Position numbers and translations under genes: made by a program. A stretch of 9,102 nt of DNA, taken from contig JADGIF010000412.1 in assembly GCA_018985225.1 (NCBI GenBank), positions 1 to 9,102 on the forward strand. Direction: 5' to 3'. Positions 6,872 to 9,102 of the stretch are shown piece by piece (positions within the stretch are counted from its first letter, which is position 1; every line of letters begins with the position of its first letter). The notes under the pieces were generated by a model that was not told the origin of the DNA, did not search any database, and was given only the letters and a program-made list of their open reading frames with translations. Origin of the DNA: Amoeboradix gromovi X-113 (taxonomy: Eukaryota > Fungi > Sanchytriomycota).

Positions 6872-8296
6872 ATGCTTCCCCAGTCCGACATTGAAATAAA
6901 AGTCAACGAGATGCCACTGCTGCTCAAGGATGCTGATAAAATGAACATCAGATCGGGGCACTACACTCCGCTACCTCATGGATATTCACCATTAAATCGC
7001 CCTCTTTCTGAATATTTGAAATATGGCATCATAAATTTAGATAAGCCATCTAATCCCAGTTCACATGAGGTGGTTGCTTGGATCAAACGCATATTGAGAT
7101 TAGAAAAAACGGGCCACTCTGGAACATTGGATCCAAAAGTCACCGGTTGTTTAGTTGTTTGTTTAGACCGTGCTACACGTCTTGTAAAATCTCAGCAATC
7201 AGCAGGCAAAGAGTACGTATGTGTTATGAAGTTGCACGCACAAGTGAGCGAAGCTAAGTTAAAATCTGCCATTCAACAACTTACTGGCTCATTGTTCCAA
7301 AGACCCCCTTTAATTTCTGCTGTAAAAAGACAATTGCGAATTCGAACAATTTACTCTAGCGATTTCATTGAATACGACCAGGAAAAACAGGTGGCCGTAT
7401 TTAAAATTAACTGCGAAGCTGGGACGTACATTCGTACGTTGTGTGTCCATTTAGGATTGCTATTGGGCGTAGGTGCGCATATGGAGGAACTAAGAAGGAT
7501 AAGAAGTGGCACTATGTTTGAAGCTGACAGTGTTACTATGCATGACGTATTAGATGCGCAGTACCTGTATGATACTTCTAAAAATGAAGATTATTTAAGA
7601 AAGGTTGTACAACCATTAGAAGTAGCATTGGTTGGCTACAAACGCATTATAATAAAAGATAGTGCAGTCAATGCTATCTCTTATGGTGCCAAACTTCTTG
7701 TTCCTGGAGTGTTGAGATATGATAATAACATCGAAATTGGCGATGTAATAGTGTTAATTACCACTAAAGGAGAAGCTATTGCATTAGGGATTGCTCAGAT
7801 GGCTACTTTGGATATCGGAGGATGTGATCATGGAATTGTTGCAAGCATTAAGCGTGTTATAATGGATAGAGATACATATCCAAAGAGGTGGGGAATGGGT
7901 CCAATGGCACAAAAGAAGAAGGGAATGAAGACTGCAGGCTCATTGGATCAGTTTGGAAGACCTAATGAACAAACGCCAGAGACTTGGACAAAGGAATATG
8001 TAGACTATCAAAGATCCGATGTTCCTAACAAGAGTAACAAACCTTTATCAAATGAAAAGGTAGAAGATATGCCGTTGATAGAATCTGCAGTGGATGTAGA
8101 TGCATTAGCTGTAACAGATGATAAGCCAGCGACCCCTGAAGTTGTAGTGGAATCAATGGATAAGAAGAAGAAAAAGAAGAAATCAAAACTTGAAGATGAC
8201 GAAGAGACTAGTAAGAAATCTAAAAAAAGAAAAGCAGAAGATGTTACAGTTGAAAAGAAAAAGAAGAAAAAGAAGTCAAAGCAAGAAGAGAAATAA
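6872..8296 (+). CDS. CBF5: H/ACA snoRNP pseudouridine synthase Cbf5/dyskerin
   Basis: [37 protein letters not shown], catalytic [38 protein letters not shown] domain, KRVIM.RDTYP.RWG.GP and a lysine-rich tail. The start is ATG 6872 or the in-frame ATG 6833. Position 6704 is GTG. Confidence 0.97.
   Translation: MLPQSDIEIKVNEMPLLLKDADKMNIRSGHYTPLPHGYSPLNRPLSEYLKYGIINLDKPSNPSSHEVVAWIKRILRLEKTGHSGTLDPKVTGCLVVCLDRATRLVKSQQSAGKEYVCVMKLHAQVSEAKLKSAIQQLTGSLFQRPPLISAVKRQLRIRTIYSSDFIEYDQEKQVAVFKINCEAGTYIRTLCVHLGLLLGVGAHMEELRRIRSGTMFEADSVTMHDVLDAQYLYDTSKNEDYLRKVVQPLEVALVGYKRIIIKDSAVNAISYGAKLLVPGVLRYDNNIEIGDVIVLITTKGEAIALGIAQMATLDIGGCDHGIVASIKRVIMDRDTYPKRWGMGPMAQKKKGMKTAGSLDQFGRPNEQTPETWTKEYVDYQRSDVPNKSNKPLSNEKVEDMPLIESAVDVDALAVTDDKPATPEVVVESMDKKKKKKKSKLEDDEETSKKSKKRKAEDVTVEKKKKKKKSKQEEK
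8159..8293 (+). repeat. Low-complexity AAG/GAA tract encoding the K/E-rich Cbf5 C-terminal tail
   Basis: [10 protein letters not shown]...KKSKKRK...[11 protein letters not shown] charged tail like this is typical of Cbf5/dyskerin. Confidence 0.85.
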
Positions 8297-8337
8297 ATAT
8301 TTATATTTTAACAGAATTCAATCCTAGGCCATTCAAA

Positions 8338-8565
8338 ATGAATTTTTATGACGATATTGCGTTCGAAAAGAAGAGAGAGTTGGCTGCTCATAAGCGGAAA
8401 TATGATGATAACCTGACACTAGATCATTTGGTTATTCAAAATGAAAAAATATCGAAGGAGATGCAGGAAATCACTAGAAAAGTATATGAAGAGAAGCAGG
8501 AGTTGAGAAAATTAAGAGAAAAAATAGCGCACTCTTTGAGCAACATTCAAGTTATAAATAAATAA
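8338..8565 (+). CDS. Hypothetical small coiled-coil protein (75 aa)
   Basis: TTCAAAATG start context and AATAAA overlapping the stop, as in neighbouring genes. Heptad-like E/K/L pattern. No family recognised. Confidence 0.6.
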   Translation: MNFYDDIAFEKKRELAAHKRKYDDNLTLDHLVIQNEKISKEMQEITRKVYEEKQELRKLREKIAHSLSNIQVINK

Positions 8566-8760
8566 GTTTATAAAATGGTTTCTCATTTTTCATTATATCA
8601 GAGATTTTCTAAAAAAACTGGAGAAAAAATAATTGACAAAGGATGTTCGATACCACTATGCCCAGTTACAATTAAATATTAAATTAATTGAATCTTAAAA
8701 ACTCGTGATCCCAATCCAAAAACATCGCTATTCAATGTCCAAGTTCTATATATTGACAAA

Positions 8761-9102
8761 ATAAGATTTAGTTACAGAAAGCTGTAAAAATGTAAATGGA
8801 TATATCCGGATGTATAAATAGACATTCAAGTTCAGACTAGTCCTATTCTGAGGTCTGTGAGATCAGAACAATCTAATCCATGTGGGATTAATCTGGGTGT
8901 TATAATTTAAACAAAAAAACAGTTAATTGAAGCCTCTTTTTGTAGTATTTGGATGGTCAAGGACAAGAATCTATATGTTGAAATTTGTGATTTTAGAAGA
9001 GTGTGCAATACGTTGGCGACACTCAATCTACTCAAAGAAAAGAAAAGTTGGCGGAGCAAGAAGGTCCGTTAGAACGATGCAAAGAGATGAGCAACTTTGG
9101 TT
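8761..9102 (+). pseudogene. Possible decayed TnpB/Fanzor RuvC-I region running off the window edge
   Basis: One stop-interrupted frame reads KCKWIYPDV*IDIQV...SNPCGINLGVII*TKKQLI...FRR...KEKKSWRSKKVR*. GINLGV (8884-8901) equals the RuvC-I motif GIDLGV with GAT->AAT, followed by a basic bridge-helix-like segment. Confidence 0.35.

Noticed and set aside
6704-6961. Apparent 258-nt coding overlap of BCP1 and CBF5 in the ORF track
   Set aside because: Both track starts are GTG and the extensions lack family similarity. Family homology begins near 6823 (-) and about 6860-6872 (+).
8822-8860. TTCAGACTA resembling RNase P RNA CR-V
   Set aside because: No upstream CR-I (GGAA..TCTGA) partner for helix P4 was found. 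The complementary GTCTG lies downstream, in the wrong order.
1-9102. CRISPR array, tRNA or rRNA
   Set aside because: No regularly spaced direct repeats, cloverleaf or rRNA-conserved motifs were seen.

Overview
This is a very compact, apparently intron-free eukaryotic (fungus-like) chromosomal segment. It carries ASF1, an AK3/ADK2-type adenylate kinase, a small SERTA/Ecm13-like ORF, UTP13/TBL3, a bacterial-type (probably mitochondrial) EF-P, a head-to-head BCP1/CBF5 (dyskerin) pair and a small coiled-coil ORF. Most gaps between genes are 11-150 nt. The long non-coding stretches (4763-6211, 8566-9102, possibly 1-310) appear to hold decayed TnpB/Fanzor-type RNA-guided nuclease genes that the ORF track mostly misses. 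The clearest remnant is on the minus strand at about 5840-6050 (VDEE ... PQC ... RWFKCNACGHKDHRDIN). Weaker remnants lie on the plus strand at about 4800-5660 and from about 8760 to the window end. A hairpin-rich plus-strand segment at about 5412-5720 is a candidate omegaRNA or other structured RNA. All motif assignments and foldings were done by eye and need HMM and folding confirmation.
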